NCBI GenBank assembly: GCA_010405405.1
Contig: MU004230.1
Location: 3,707,119 to 3,771,118, forward strand
DNA: 64,000 nucleotides
Source of the DNA: Microthyrium microscopicum
Lineage: Eukaryota
Reading direction: 5' to 3'
Shown here: in pieces, positions 12,923 through 25,272 of the stretch
Layout: the number at the start of each line of letters is the position of its first letter
Numbering within the stretch: position 1 is the stretch's first letter
Program-made: the position numbers and the translations under genes
The notes under the pieces: model-generated
Databases searched by the model: none
Seen by the model: only the letters and a program-made list of their open reading frames with translations
Told to the model about the DNA's origin: nothing

Positions 12923-14137
12923 CTATTGAATGTAATAGTCGACTACTTCGTCTCCATACCATTTACGCCCAACATCTTTGTGGCTTCGTATCCATTTCCT
13001 AAGTTGTGACTCGCCCAAATTATCCCATCGCGGATCCAAGAAACTGGAAACTGCATTCTCGGTAGCTTCCTGGCCATCTTCGTCTCGTCTCATTTTCCGA
13101 ACTGCTTCTGGCACACAGCTTCTGATTTCTGAGACGGTGAGGTTGGGAGGCAATCCCATGAAGAATGGAATAGAGTAACGATCTCTTTCTGTCGGTGCCA
13201 CTACACGATGCACAGTTGCTTTGACTGCCCCATCAGTCGCCGCTTCAAATGGATTTGCGAAATTCACGACGAAGGTACCAGGGATTGGGTTAGCTGCAAT
13301 CCAGTTTCCATCCTTGTCCAATACCTCAAGACCCTTTTCTTGTCCAACCTGATGTAGAAAAGTGAGAAGTCCACTGGAGTCCTTGTGAGGACCAACTCCC
13401 TGTCCAACTTCATCATTGGTGGCGGGGTATTTTACCAACTTGATACGATGTTGTGATGGTAGATATGTCTTTCGAGAAGAAGTCTGAGAATATGAGGTGC
13501 TTGATGTGATAGAGTCAGAGACCTGTCGAGAGGTGTCAATTCCGAAGATTTGGTCGAAGGTGCCCAATGGGATATCGAAGGCTTCTTCTACAAGGTGTAG
13601 AAAACGATAAGATAGGTCAGCCAGAGCGTTGTGATAACTGTTTGAACGTGTTATTTCCTATCACTATCACAACTTTTCAAGTCATACAGCTAATTACCTC
13701 TCCAAAGCAGATCTGAAGCCCGGGAGCTCCTCCTCAGTTGGCCATTGGTTTGGACCTCGCAACCACCAGTAAAGTTTGGAGAAATCTTTGCCCTCATGGA
13801 TTTCATTATCGTCCTTGTCATATATGACGGGCAATTCAGTTGCATAATCGAACTGTTCTCTGAGGTCTTGTTGGCCCAAAGTCACCTCTTCCGCAAAGCC
13901 ACTGTAGCCCAGAAAGTGCGGCGAATTTGATTTTGATAGCCTTGACTTGCTAGAGTTGGCAATATCGAAAAGAGAAGGAAGCTTTTCTGACAAATCTGAG
14001 ATGGTCTCTTCCGGTACACCATGACCTTTGATGTATAGGAACCCGACGTTGAAGAGACAATCCTTCAGCAGATCCAGAAGGGCTTGCTTCTGATTTGGAT
14101 CACTTGCCAATCGGAGATCTAGGAGCGGAATAGTCAT
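12923..14137 (-). CDS. 2-oxoglutarate/Fe(II)-dependent dioxygenase (IPNS/DIOX_N family)
   Basis: IPLLDL...GFLYIKGHGV N-terminus, GVGPHKD (HxD), HRV distal His, RYSIPFF; one intron 13638-13697. Confidence 0.92.
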
Positions 14138-14839
14138 AATGTAATTTCTTCCGTGTACGTTTCAACGTTGGACTGCCTCTGGGATGGTTGGAGGAAGATG
14201 CAGAAGTTAGGTGAAGGTGAGCCCACAAGGCGAAGATCTAAGAGGTTAGAGCAGTTTCTCTCCGCCCACGAGATCTCAATGGCGTCATTATGGCGAATCA
14301 TTCCATGTTTGAGAAGTCAATGAAGCTTCATAAATCATTCACGATAATAAAAGATCACGTCACAACGACCGGACAAGTGCGACTAAATTTTTTATGTTGA
14401 AGTATTCCAAGGTTGGCAGTGGAGATTGCTCAACCAGAATGAACATTATTCGAATGCAAATCCTATTAACCTGACAATTAAACCAACAAAGACAGGCCTT
14501 GCTGCTTCATATTGATGTATTGTGAAGTCATATCCTTACTTAGTATATTTCATGTTACGATAATGCAAAGAGGCTAAGGAGGACTGAAGTGCTCAGTGAA
14601 CAGTACCCTACGATAGATGTTGACCTCAAGATCACTAAAACGATTGCTCAGTAAGAGACAATGCAATGGACCATTACAGACGTGTAGGCGACAGATCATT
14701 GGGTACATTGATTTTTAATCTATAACAACAAACATCTGCTGCTTTCTTCTGAGGCGAACCCTGTTCCTGCCGCGCAGCTTCCTCGAGACACATTCGAAGA
14801 GAGTCATCGTAACGCCATTCCAAGTAAATCTTTTGCAAA

Positions 14840-15652
14840 TTACTCTGACATTTTAAGGCCTGCCAAACCAGCGAGAGCAGGGCAAGAGTACTCTTTGAAC
14901 AGAGAGACTGGGTCGAACCACGTGTCTAGACGCTTGATGCGGTACTCGTCGTCTAGCTCCGCAACTGACACGCCGAATATCTCGACCAAACCTCCGTGGG
15001 CTGGAATGATAACTTCCTTGCCTTCGCTAGTAAAGTAGTTAGCAGTTATAGAAGGCTCAACACATGGAGCAGTACTCACCGGTTCTTGCCCTTATAGTCG
15101 GCCTTCATTTCTCCCCAGTGTCGCCATTTGAAAGCAGCCTTTGGTGGTCCACTATAGACCTCGATAACCTCCCAAGCAAAGGTAGGCATGCATCGCTTGA
15201 AGAGCTTGTGAGATTCGACAAAGTCGATATGCTCGGGGCTATAGTACTCATTCGGGCTGATTAGAGCATTGTAGGTACCAGTCTTCGTCATGCTCTCAAC
15301 ATCTTGGAGCTTCTTTCCGTTGACGTAGAACTCGTACTCAGTTGGATGAACAGTACGATACTGTTTGGTGTCTGTCTTGAAAGAGGCCTCGATCTCCCAG
15401 TTCTTGACTAGATTCTCGACAAGATTGGGCAGACTTCCGATTTGATGGTCTGCGGTCTTTGCTACTTAGGAATCAGCTTGTGTGCCTGTATAAACTGAGC
15501 TTAAACTTACTGCGTGATTGGTATTTGCGAGTGTTGGAATAGTCTGGGGCGCGACCAATGCGCCATGTCGCTGTATCTTTGCAGACTGCATCAGGATCAG
15601 TCATGAAGTCGGGTAAGGCTGGAGAAGCCTGAGCTTTGTTTCCGCTGGTCAT
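14840..15652 (-). CDS. pathogen-related protein (PRP) homolog, SnoaL/NTF2-like fold
   Basis: Spliced ORF (2 introns): LPDFMTDPDAV..WRIGRAPDYS, LVENLVKNWEIEASFK, GTYNAL, FAWEVIEVYSGPP..AFKWRHWG, TWFDP. Confidence 0.8.
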
Positions 15653-16808
15653 GGTGATTGATTGTGGTTTGTTCTTCGTGGAGTTGGAGTTGGGTTTGCT
15701 TGTTACACAATCGGGCTAGGTTGTGTCTATGTGGAATGTTGGTTCGAGAGTTGTTTGTGGGTCAAGCAGTCAGCTACAAGAACTTAAATACTTTAGCTTA
15801 ACGAATTGGGTGGAAAGAGTAGCACGGTTTCAGTGAATGTTTGCCTAGAAGTCACCAGTAGAGCTGTCACCTTAGCGGCATCACTGTGGTTGTTGAGGTA
15901 GCTAACCTTCAAGTTACATGGCAAGTGCTTATAGCACTACCTAAAAGACTAAAAGAGAAGTTGAAGATTATGTCACCCTAGCATTAACAGATATCTGGTT
16001 GGAGCCTAGCTCATGCACGCTCTTTCATAGAAGTGAAGGTTTTGCTTTGCCTTCCAGTTACATATGAGGAACTATATATTCTTAGAGACTTGGTAGTGCC
16101 ATGAGTGAAGTGATGGTCTATATGAGCTGCAAGAATTGTCAAGCAGGTAGTAGAGGCGGCATTGTCGAATACAATATTTGCAAACATTTTGATATGCCAA
16201 TCCAAAGTCACTTGCAAACGAGCATTTGATTGCTTCAATCGATTCTGTTGTAAATTTCAAAGAGATCTGTATTCAAGTCAGTGAACTTTCGAAATCTCCA
16301 GAAGCTTGTTTAATCTGTTTCGTTGGAGCTATTCTGTGACTTTAGTTTCGTTCTTGGCGGGAGTAACTAGAATCATCTATCTTACGCCAAAGTATACCTC
16401 TTGACTGCTGCAGGAGGGCGAACGTGGCGAGTTGTAATGCGAAGATGTTATTATGGCGTCTAAAAAACTCAAGAACTGTAGAGATATATCTCAAACAAGC
16501 TTCAAAAAGAAGCTTTCAGAGCTTTGTGCAGTAGTTTATCGATCTATACCACAAGTGGATAAAGTCATTGATATGATTTGTTGGAAGGATGAGACCAAAA
16601 ATAGCCAAAAGGACCTGCATGAGATGTGCATGATCGTCCTTCCGACAGTACATCTATGCTGCTTTTGGAGTTCCCAAAGGAGGAATCCGCTGCCATGATA
16701 TTCATACGGCGCAATCTTGTGGGTTTTGCGCGTCGATTTCATTGCCGTTAAAGCCGTCATGGCGACGTCGTTTTCTTTGAAGCATTACACGCCACATACA
16801 GTGTCGAG

Positions 16809-18832
16809 ATGCGGCTTTTTCTATTGCTCTGGCAGACTATGCTGGCCTACTCAGTCGCGAGTGAAAATGTATCTTTTACAGTCAACTTAACATGGGAAGA
16901 TGCCGCCCCAGACGGCGTTAGTAGGAAAATGATACTTGTGAATGGTACTTCACCCGGTCCAACTCTCTTCATAAACCAAGGAGACAGCGTCAAGGTACGA
17001 GAGCTGCTGAATACTCGCGACTCCAGAGTTGTAGGTAGCGATTCCATGGCTGACAAGATCTGTAGTTTCTAGTTTACAACAATCTGCCAACCAACACCAC
17101 AATACATTTTCATGGCATCACCCAGCTCAGAACGCCTTGGTCTGATGGTGTCCCTGGTATTAGTCAAAAGCCCATCCTACCTGGGGAATCGTTTCTCTAC
17201 CAATGGACAGCTGATGACTATGGCACGGTAACTTGCATGCCAAGCTCATCTACATGCTTTCACTAAAACTTCTCAGTACTGGTATCATGGCCATTTCCTC
17301 TCCGACATAAGCGATGGCTTGTTTGGTCCGATACATATCGATCCTGATCCCAAACAACTCCTTCCATATAATATCATCGACGAGTCAGAGACCGAAGTTG
17401 CGGCCATGACAAAAGCAGCAACTCATCCTCAACTCGTCACGATTTCAGACTGGAGCCACGTAACTTCAGAGGATATCTTTCGAGCGGAACTGGACACCAA
17501 TCTGGATCTGTACTGCAGAAACTCGATTCTGATCAATGGACGAGGCAATGTCAATTGCCTGCCTATATCGACGTATATGTCTCTCGCAGCGCCCGCAACA
17601 CTGCAGGCTCTGATTGGGCAGAACATCACTGCGCAAGGCTGCTCACCCCCTGGCATCTCCCTAATCGAAGGTGACTTTAAATTCAATCTGAGTGCTTTAC
17701 CGCCCGAACTATCATACTCGTGTGACGCGACCACTGTCGCTCCGTCTATATTCCATGTCCGCAGCGCCGATCGTTGGGCCAGCTTCAATTTCATCCTGAG
17801 CGCGTCAGTGCAGACGCCCATGATATCAATCGATGATCACGAGATGTGGGTCTACGCCGCGGACGGGTCTTTCGTAGAACCTCAACGCGTCGATGGTATG
17901 CTAATCTTCAGCGGGCAGCGTTACTCGGCCCTGGTTAGACTGAAGGATAATCCTGCTTTCGACACGTACACTATGCGCTTCTCCAATGTGGGCGGCAACC
18001 AAATTATCTTCGCTACGGCTTTGCTCTCCTACAATTCAAACAGTACAAATCTAGTTGTTGCGCCAGACTCTTATGCCCTCTATGACCAGGCTGGAAACGC
18101 AACCAACAGCTCAGCCGTCACCCTCGACCCGAGCACTCTTGTACCATATCCTGCAATCACGCCGGCGCAGCAAGCCGACGCAACGCACATATTCAAAGCC
18201 GGCCGCGCCGGAGCTGCCTGGCGCTGGACCATAAGTGCAAGTCCCCATTCCGTCTACTCTACCGTAAACAAAACGCTCAAGCTGACCAAATAACCAGGGA
18301 AATGCCTCATATCCAACCACCATATCAACTGACAATCCCTTGCTCTTTAATCCCAATGGTTCCACAGCTATGAACTCAAATCTCACGATCCGCAGCATCA
18401 ACGGCTCCTGGGTAGACATCATCGTGCTCACCGACCCAGGGAGTCAAAATCCCACTCAGCCACCACATTCATTCCATAAGCATAGCAACAAGCTCTTTAT
18501 CATCGGCAGCGGAACAGGCGACTTCAACTATACATCCGTCGCGGAAGGGATGCAAGTACAGCCCGAGTCCTTTAACCTAGTCAACCCTCCCTATCGCGAT
18601 AGCTTCATATCCAGTCCAGCCTGTAAGTCCAGACATTTTATTTCTCGAATGAAGCTAATGAATACAAGCTCCCGATGCACCTACCTGGATCGCTATCCGC
18701 TACCAAAGCATGAATCCAGGAGCCTTTCTCTTGCACTGCCACATCCAGCCGCATCTTGCAGGTGGAATGGCGATGGTCATGCTTGATGGCGTGGACAAGT
18801 GGCCAACAATTCCTGCCGAGTATGGCGGGTAG
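16809..18832 (+). CDS. multicopper oxidase/laccase (Abr2/GIP1-like pigment, phenol-coupling type)
   Basis: Signal-peptide-like N-terminus; Cu motifs [27 protein letters not shown]; 4 introns; stop TAG 18830-18832. Confidence 0.92.
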
Positions 18833-19051
18833 ATAGTCTTTTTCCATGTATAATAGCATGATGCAGCCACTCACTGTGGTATCATGAGTGGTGTTGAACC
18901 TTGAGAAGCAATCAAAATTATTCATTAGTCTAAGCGCCTGTGCGCTGTGGTATCGTCTGTACATAATCCATTGATTCGTTCGACGTCATGGCTTGAGTTT
19001 GTTTAGCTCTCCATATTTCCTTTCTCATGCGCGTGTAGACCAACCAATATT

Positions 19052-21355
19052 TCACGAGTCCCCAAAGCCCATGGTCATTGCATGTAGATCGGGTGTGTTG
19101 ATATGGGAGGAAGAGGTCAAGAATGGTGAGATGAGAGACCCGCTATAGAGATCATCGGAAGAGGGGACGCTCGAGAGAACAGTCGGCGATGTCTGCTGCT
19201 CTTCTAGCATTGACCCGAAGACATCCCAGTTCATAGGATCGTTGTTGACCACTGTGCATGGGGGCTGGGCCATCATACTCTGCAGATTGTTGGTGAGTGA
19301 CTGGGAAATATCCTTTGCAGCAATAGATGTTGAGGAAAAAGATTCAAAGACAGCCTGGGCACGTGTGAGGGATTCTAGTGCCCGTGGAACCTTGGAGCCC
19401 AGATTGTCGGAATGGATGTAAGCCATGATTGTCACGGTAGCGTTCCACAGTGGCTGTAGAATCTCTGACCAGCCAAAGAGTACGTCGGATACTGAGCAGA
19501 CGGTGTGGGCTGTGTCGACAATGATTATTGCGTGGTGGAGAGCGCTTGATATGTGTACTTCTACGTGTGGCTGTTTAGAGTCTGGAGGAGTGATCATGCC
19601 GCAGTTATCGCCGGCATTAGGATAGCGTAGACGAATGAATGGGCGTTGGATGAGCGTGTACACATTATGGAAATGTAGCTCCAAGAGCACCGCTTGTCGC
19701 TGCAACCAAGCCGGTTTGGTGAGGTCACGACCAAATTCGAGACTCTCACTGTTGTCAGAGGCATTGCCAGCACGGCTTAGCAATAATTCTGGAGGCAGCT
19801 GGTCGTGCCAGACCTCTAGATCTCCGAGAGCTGAGGAAATGTCAAGGGCGTGATGTTCGATAGCAACCGGACTACTGCCGCCGTCGTCCACAAGGTCTGC
19901 AGTGGAAGCGCATGCGCCAAGATCTGACACAATGACAGCTAGTTTGGCCAAATGGTTGGAATATGTGCAAGCATTCACACCTTCTTCACGGTGGCTGGCA
20001 GAGGAGACATAGCGGGCAAGTGCATCCTCGGCAGGAAACGGACATCTGATGAGGCTCTTCTGGCTGGCCGCCGGCATATCGAGCTGTAGCGAGCACTGAA
20101 TGTCCAGGGAGAAGAGCATCCACCACAATTGCATATGAGCAGTCCTTTCGGCCTCGCTTAGGTGACTCGCTGGCGGTCGATGAAGTTTGGCAATGTAAGC
20201 CTTGCGGACAGTGATGCCAAGGAGATTGTAGGCTTCCCTAAAAGCATTACCTTTCATAAGATAAAGTGCCATAAGAGCGTGGCATCGTAGAGCCTCTAAT
20301 GTTACGTCTGTGTTGGTCCTCATGCGCTGACGACAGCGATGGAAATATTCAAGGCCAGGCCATGTGGCTTCCACTGGTGATGCTAAAGCGGAGTACTGCT
20401 GGGTGGATGGCTGAAGACCTAGTATTCTCGTAGCCATACCAGTGGCATGGCTATGCTGCATCCCTAGAGCAATCATAGAATCAGCTAGGGGGCTTCCGTT
20501 CATATATCCATCAAACATTGCGGGTGGTGGCAAGGTATCGAGCTCTACGAATTCTGATTCGCTAATGATTTGCAGAAATGGGTGGCAAGCATCCCAGAAG
20601 ATCCGAAGATAATAGCTCCGCTGGCTCTGGGACAGAGGGTTTGAGGCGAGAAAGCGACCTTCCGAGGGAATAGCAGGATGTGGGAGCTGCGCGAAGAGAC
20701 TGCCAGAAAGAGTTGAGGTGCTTGAGTGCGAGAAGGCTGGCAACCCACTGGCAAAGAAGCTCTGCGCGTGAGAGGCAAGATTAAAGGGCTCCTTGTGATT
20801 ACTTTCTGGTGGGAGTACTGTGGCCCACCAGTTCTCCTGGTCCATGGTCATGCCAGAGGGAACAGTAGATGAACTATTCGGGCTAATACTGGCTATGGAG
20901 CTGCTGTTGCTGGCGCTATTGCAGCCGCTCGAGTCATTGATTGACTGAGGGCAGTTAGGGGAGCCGGCATGCTCGGTAGAGCGAGTTGGTGATGGCGAAG
21001 GCGATGTTGAGGGGACCTTTGACGACGATTCAGCGGTGGTATATTCGGGATCGCCATTGTGTGCTTGAGAAAAGCGACGAGTAGCGTAGGACACAATGCA
21101 TTTTGCTTGGATGCCGACGCAGTTCGCGCAGGGTTTCTGCTCGTCACACTTGATACGATGCAGACGACACCTGTCACAGGCCCTGGCTGTCTTGTGCCGT
21201 TTGGAAAGGGGTAGAACTGTGTGTTCTGGACTAGAGTTGGAGTTGGAGATGGAGGTGGTATGTGCGTTGCTATTTTTCCGAGAGGCCTTGGAACGAGCCG
21301 ACCCGGAGCCGGAGCCTCTAGACTTTGCAGGCGTGGCAGGAAACCTGTGAAACAT
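19052..21355 (-). CDS. Zn(II)2Cys6 transcription factor with fungal TF middle-homology domain
   Basis: ACDRCRLHRIKCDEQKPCANCVGIQAKC binuclear cluster; LWWMLFSLD region; intronless, 767 aa. Confidence 0.93.
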   Translation of the reverse strand: MFHRFPATPAKSRGSGSGSARSKASRKNSNAHTTSISNSNSSPEHTVLPLSKRHKTARACDRCRLHRIKCDEQKPCANCVGIQAKCIVSYATRRFSQAHNGDPEYTTAESSSKVPSTSPSPSPTRSTEHAGSPNCPQSINDSSGCNSASNSSSIASISPNSSSTVPSGMTMDQENWWATVLPPESNHKEPFNLASHAQSFFASGLPAFSHSSTSTLSGSLFAQLPHPAIPSEGRFLASNPLSQSQRSYYLRIFWDACHPFLQIISESEFVELDTLPPPAMFDGYMNGSPLADSMIALGMQHSHATGMATRILGLQPSTQQYSALASPVEATWPGLEYFHRCRQRMRTNTDVTLEALRCHALMALYLMKGNAFREAYNLLGITVRKAYIAKLHRPPASHLSEAERTAHMQLWWMLFSLDIQCSLQLDMPAASQKSLIRCPFPAEDALARYVSSASHREEGVNACTYSNHLAKLAVIVSDLGACASTADLVDDGGSSPVAIEHHALDISSALGDLEVWHDQLPPELLLSRAGNASDNSESLEFGRDLTKPAWLQRQAVLLELHFHNVYTLIQRPFIRLRYPNAGDNCGMITPPDSKQPHVEVHISSALHHAIIIVDTAHTVCSVSDVLFGWSEILQPLWNATVTIMAYIHSDNLGSKVPRALESLTRAQAVFESFSSTSIAAKDISQSLTNNLQSMMAQPPCTVVNNDPMNWDVFGSMLEEQQTSPTVLSSVPSSDDLYSGSLISPFLTSSSHINTPDLHAMTMGFGDS

Positions 21356-23157
21356 AGTGGATCAAAGTTTGGACGTGTTTGAGATGCTGGAAAAATCCCA
21401 AAGGAGCCGCCGGAGCAATTGTTATACGCGTAAAGGGATTTGGCGTGGCAGTGATCGTGGCGATGAACTCAAGGCATATACAAGGTTGTAAGCTCAAGCA
21501 ATTAGCAGCAGCGCCAATCGAACTTTGAGATAGGTACAGGTGGGTAAGATGGAGGCCACGACCTGTATGCGTAAGATGGGATATGAGGTCAGACCAGCTA
21601 CGGTGCCGGTAGAAGATACAGAAGTTAGCGAGAAAGATCGGCGGTGCAGGGCCAGCACGGGACAAAAAGGTGCCTTCATATCATTCTATTGTTTGCCGTT
21701 GGCAGAATGGCATTGAACCCCTAGAGTAGGAGTTATATAGGGACACTTTCGGGCTCATAGCTTAAATGCTTGGACAGTTCCGACAGTAAAGCTGCGTACT
21801 ACGTAGTACAAGATATTCCTGGTCAGCCTTGAGGCGTACTGCAACGGCTGATGCACCGGTAAGAGATTGCTGTGATCATCCAAGGGCCAAGGGTGGTGGG
21901 TACACATTCACGAACAGGGGATCTGATGCTTATCATGGGTTGCTAAACTAGTATTGGTGTTTAGGCTGTAGTTAGGAAGCGGGAGGACGGGAGGATTCTG
22001 GTAAAGAGCCCCAACGGCAAAACCCAATTACCTGGGATCTCGAAAGCATCGATGATCTAGCAAGGTATATGCCGCTACGGAGTATCTCCTAAGGTTATCA
22101 GCTGTCAATATTATGTATGATCAGCATCCTTCTCAGTTTATCTTTAGATGCACATCAGACCTACAAGGCGCGACGAAGTTCAAGACTTGCATTCTTTCAT
22201 CTCCTGCCAAAGGACCTCGTAGTTACAGAGCCATTGCCGGATCTTCTTCGATAGTATAGTCGCAGCCAGTGATGAATCAGTTAGGAATGGACACCGTGTG
22301 AATAGTAAGGTACAAAACCAACACTAGTACAGTATGGTTATACTAGAAATGTAGGGATACTGCAGATAGATTTGCGAGCTCCCGTTCGTCCTGCCCGTTT
22401 CATATTCGTAGATGCCCGGTACAAGGTCGCTGCTGCATATGCCAACTTTGTTGTTGGTATGAGATGTACAACTTTTTGGATGGCAGGGCTCGTAAGGAAC
22501 CTGCTCGATGGAACCTGGAAGCAGGAGAGTGTTTTGGAGTAAGACAAACACATCTCGTACCTCCCCCACGCCCGCATCTTGATCTCCCCCACGTTTACCA
22601 CGCCCCCTTTCAGATCGACCAGGATCGACTTGAATTGTTCGTACAACACCACAGACACTTGCCATGTACCTGCTGTTTACAGCATCTCCGGCATCAACCT
22701 TTCTACATAGTGTACTCACACAAAAGCAATCGACTCAGATCTACTCTGCACCTCGGGGCCCGACTCTCCTTTTGAAATTTGAACGCTCCTTATGCACTGA
22801 GGCCGAGGCCTAACTTGCTGGACTGCTAGTCATCAGCACTACGCAAAAGTGACATCACAATGCATTCAATGCTCTCTGAACATACAAAGTGCTCCTCTTG
22901 GTTTCTCAGACTAGCCCGGAAGCATTATGCGGTTGCCTTGCTTGAATTACCCAAAGGAGGTCAACCTCCTGCACCTCCATCTGCTCAGCTTGTTCATTGT
23001 CTGCACAGTGCAACTCCCCAAACCGTAGAGGTAGGTACTGCCTGTCTAAGCAGTACTCAAGTGCGTCTCAAGCATTGATAGACAATGCTTGTATCCTCTA
23101 ATATCTTGGTTGAGCCCGATTCACTTTCGATTTTTCCCGCCGCTATCAGAAGCAAGT

Positions 23158-24849
23158 ATGGCTGACCTGCACGCAGCCGACGGGGACCTGAGCAAAGTCA
23201 GCAGCTCTGTCAGTCCATACCAACTTCATCTCGTTATCATTGGAGCCGGTCTCGCTGGTCTTTCAGCTGCCATCACTACCAGTCTCGAGGGCCACCGCGT
23301 CACCGTGCTTGAGAAGGTTTCGCAGCTCCAGGAAGTGGGTGCTGGTCTCCAAGTCACGCCAAATGCTACCCGCCTTCTGAAGCGTTGGGGGCTTTTTGAT
23401 GGCTTACGGAAACGAGCTGCTGAGCCTTCGTCCTTGACTGTCCGCAGGTACGATGGCACTGCTGTGCTCGCTCAAGAGCATAACTTCCAAGAGAAGATGC
23501 AAGAACGATACGACGCGCCGTTTTGGGATCTCCATCGGGCGGACTTGCAGAGGGCTCTAGTTTGTCGAGCGATCGAGCTTGGCGTTGAAATGCGACTCGA
23601 TTCTGAAGTAGTTGACATCGACTTCGCAAAGACGAACGTCAGGCTGAAGGGAGGAGAGTTGGTGCATGGAGACGTACTGCTGGCTGCAGACGGCCTATGG
23701 TCGCGCAGCCGAAGTCTTTTCATGCAGAAAGATCTCCTCCCGAATCCAACCGGCGATTTGGCTTGGCGTATCATTCTCGATCTTGATGATCTGAAGGACC
23801 CAGAGCTTGTGGAGTGGGTGTCGAAGCCAACCGTAAATTTCTGGATCGGTCCTTATGCGCACGTTGTGGGTTATTCTGTCAAGGGGGGGAAGCAATTCAA
23901 CTTGGTACTTCTCTCACCTGATGATCTTGGAAAAGATTTGAGCAGAGCGCAGGGTAATCTCGATGAGATGAAAAAATTATTTGCAGCATGGGACCCAATG
24001 TAAACAAACCCCTTTTAACTTGTTCCAGGAGAGAAGGAGCTGACCGCCCTAGATTAATAAAATTTCTTGACTGCGTACAAAGTGTGGACAAATGGAAATT
24101 AATGCACAGTAAGTCGCTGCTCAAATGCTACAAAGCTACATTTTAACAATTTTAAAGGTCCCACGCTTGACAATTGGAGAAACGAGGAGAGTAACTTTGT
24201 CATGGCGTGAGTCAACATGTCTTCGTTCCCGACGCAATTGACAACTCTCCAGAGGCGACGCCTGTCACCCAATGCTTCCTTATCTTGCTCAAGGGGCCAA
24301 TTCTTCTCTCGAAGATGGTGCTGTACTCGGACGACTCCTTGGCCATGTCAAAGTAGCCGCCGATATTCCAAACGCCATTAAATTGTATGAGGACTTGCGT
24401 AAAGAGAGAAGCCGCTCCATCGCCCTCGAAACATTCAAGCAGGTCTGTCCTTCCATTGACCTTTGATAATCGCATGGCATGCTGACATAACCATAGCGCG
24501 AAGCCTTTCACATGCCTGACGGGGAGGAGCAACAACAACGAGACGCCATTTTCGCCGCTGCGTTAGAGAGTGGGCCGGTACCTTCCTTCAGTAGTCGCTG
24601 GTATGTGCAAGATAATTCCCTAGTTGCTTGGTAACTCACATTCGTGGAAAATCGTAATGCTAACCAACAACTGTCAACAGGACGTGTCCGACCTTTCAGC
24701 CGTGGCTGTACGGTTACGATGCGTATGCTGATGCTGACCGAGCGGTCAGCGCGGTCAAGCCTGCAGTGGAAGGTTTAATGGGCCAACTGGCATCTATGAT
24801 GAGGCGACTGATCGAAGGATGGCACGGTTTTCTACGCAGACTATGGTAG
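23158..24849 (+). CDS. FAD-dependent monooxygenase (salicylate hydroxylase/OpS4-like)
   Basis: GAGLAG, EVGAGLQ, ADGLWS, GDACHPMLPYLAQGANSSLEDG and C-terminal QPWLYGYDAY; 5 introns; ATG 23158, TAG 24847-24849. Confidence 0.92.
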
Positions 24850-25272
24850 ATAAAGCTACGCGGCCATATCACTTAATATAGCGGCAGAATGGACCCAGTT
24901 ATTGTCCACATGATTTTAATGAGTCAAATACTTTGCGCATAAATAATAGAGCAGCTGGCCTACAGCTTTGATATTAGATCATCACAGACTCCAAACGGTT
25001 TGCTGATAGTCCGCCTGATGGCCCAAAACTCGTAGGAGAAATCTAAGTACTCTTGTTCTCTTGAAAGTACCGAGCAGTGTTCAATACTATGGAAGTGTCA
25101 ATATCAACTTGCGTTGATGGTCAAGTTACATTGCACCATGAAAAGAGCACGACAGAGCACAATTCGTACGCTAGAGAAATGCATTTTTATCGTCAACATT
25201 ATACACAGAGTTTTCTCAGAATCTTCCTTTAGGTATATACACCAAAAGCACTCCACGGTCAACTCCTCCAAA

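Noticed and set aside
22324..23078. Overlapping short ORFs between the TF and FMO genes
   Set aside because: No recognisable motif or convincing splice structure; probably promoter DNA.
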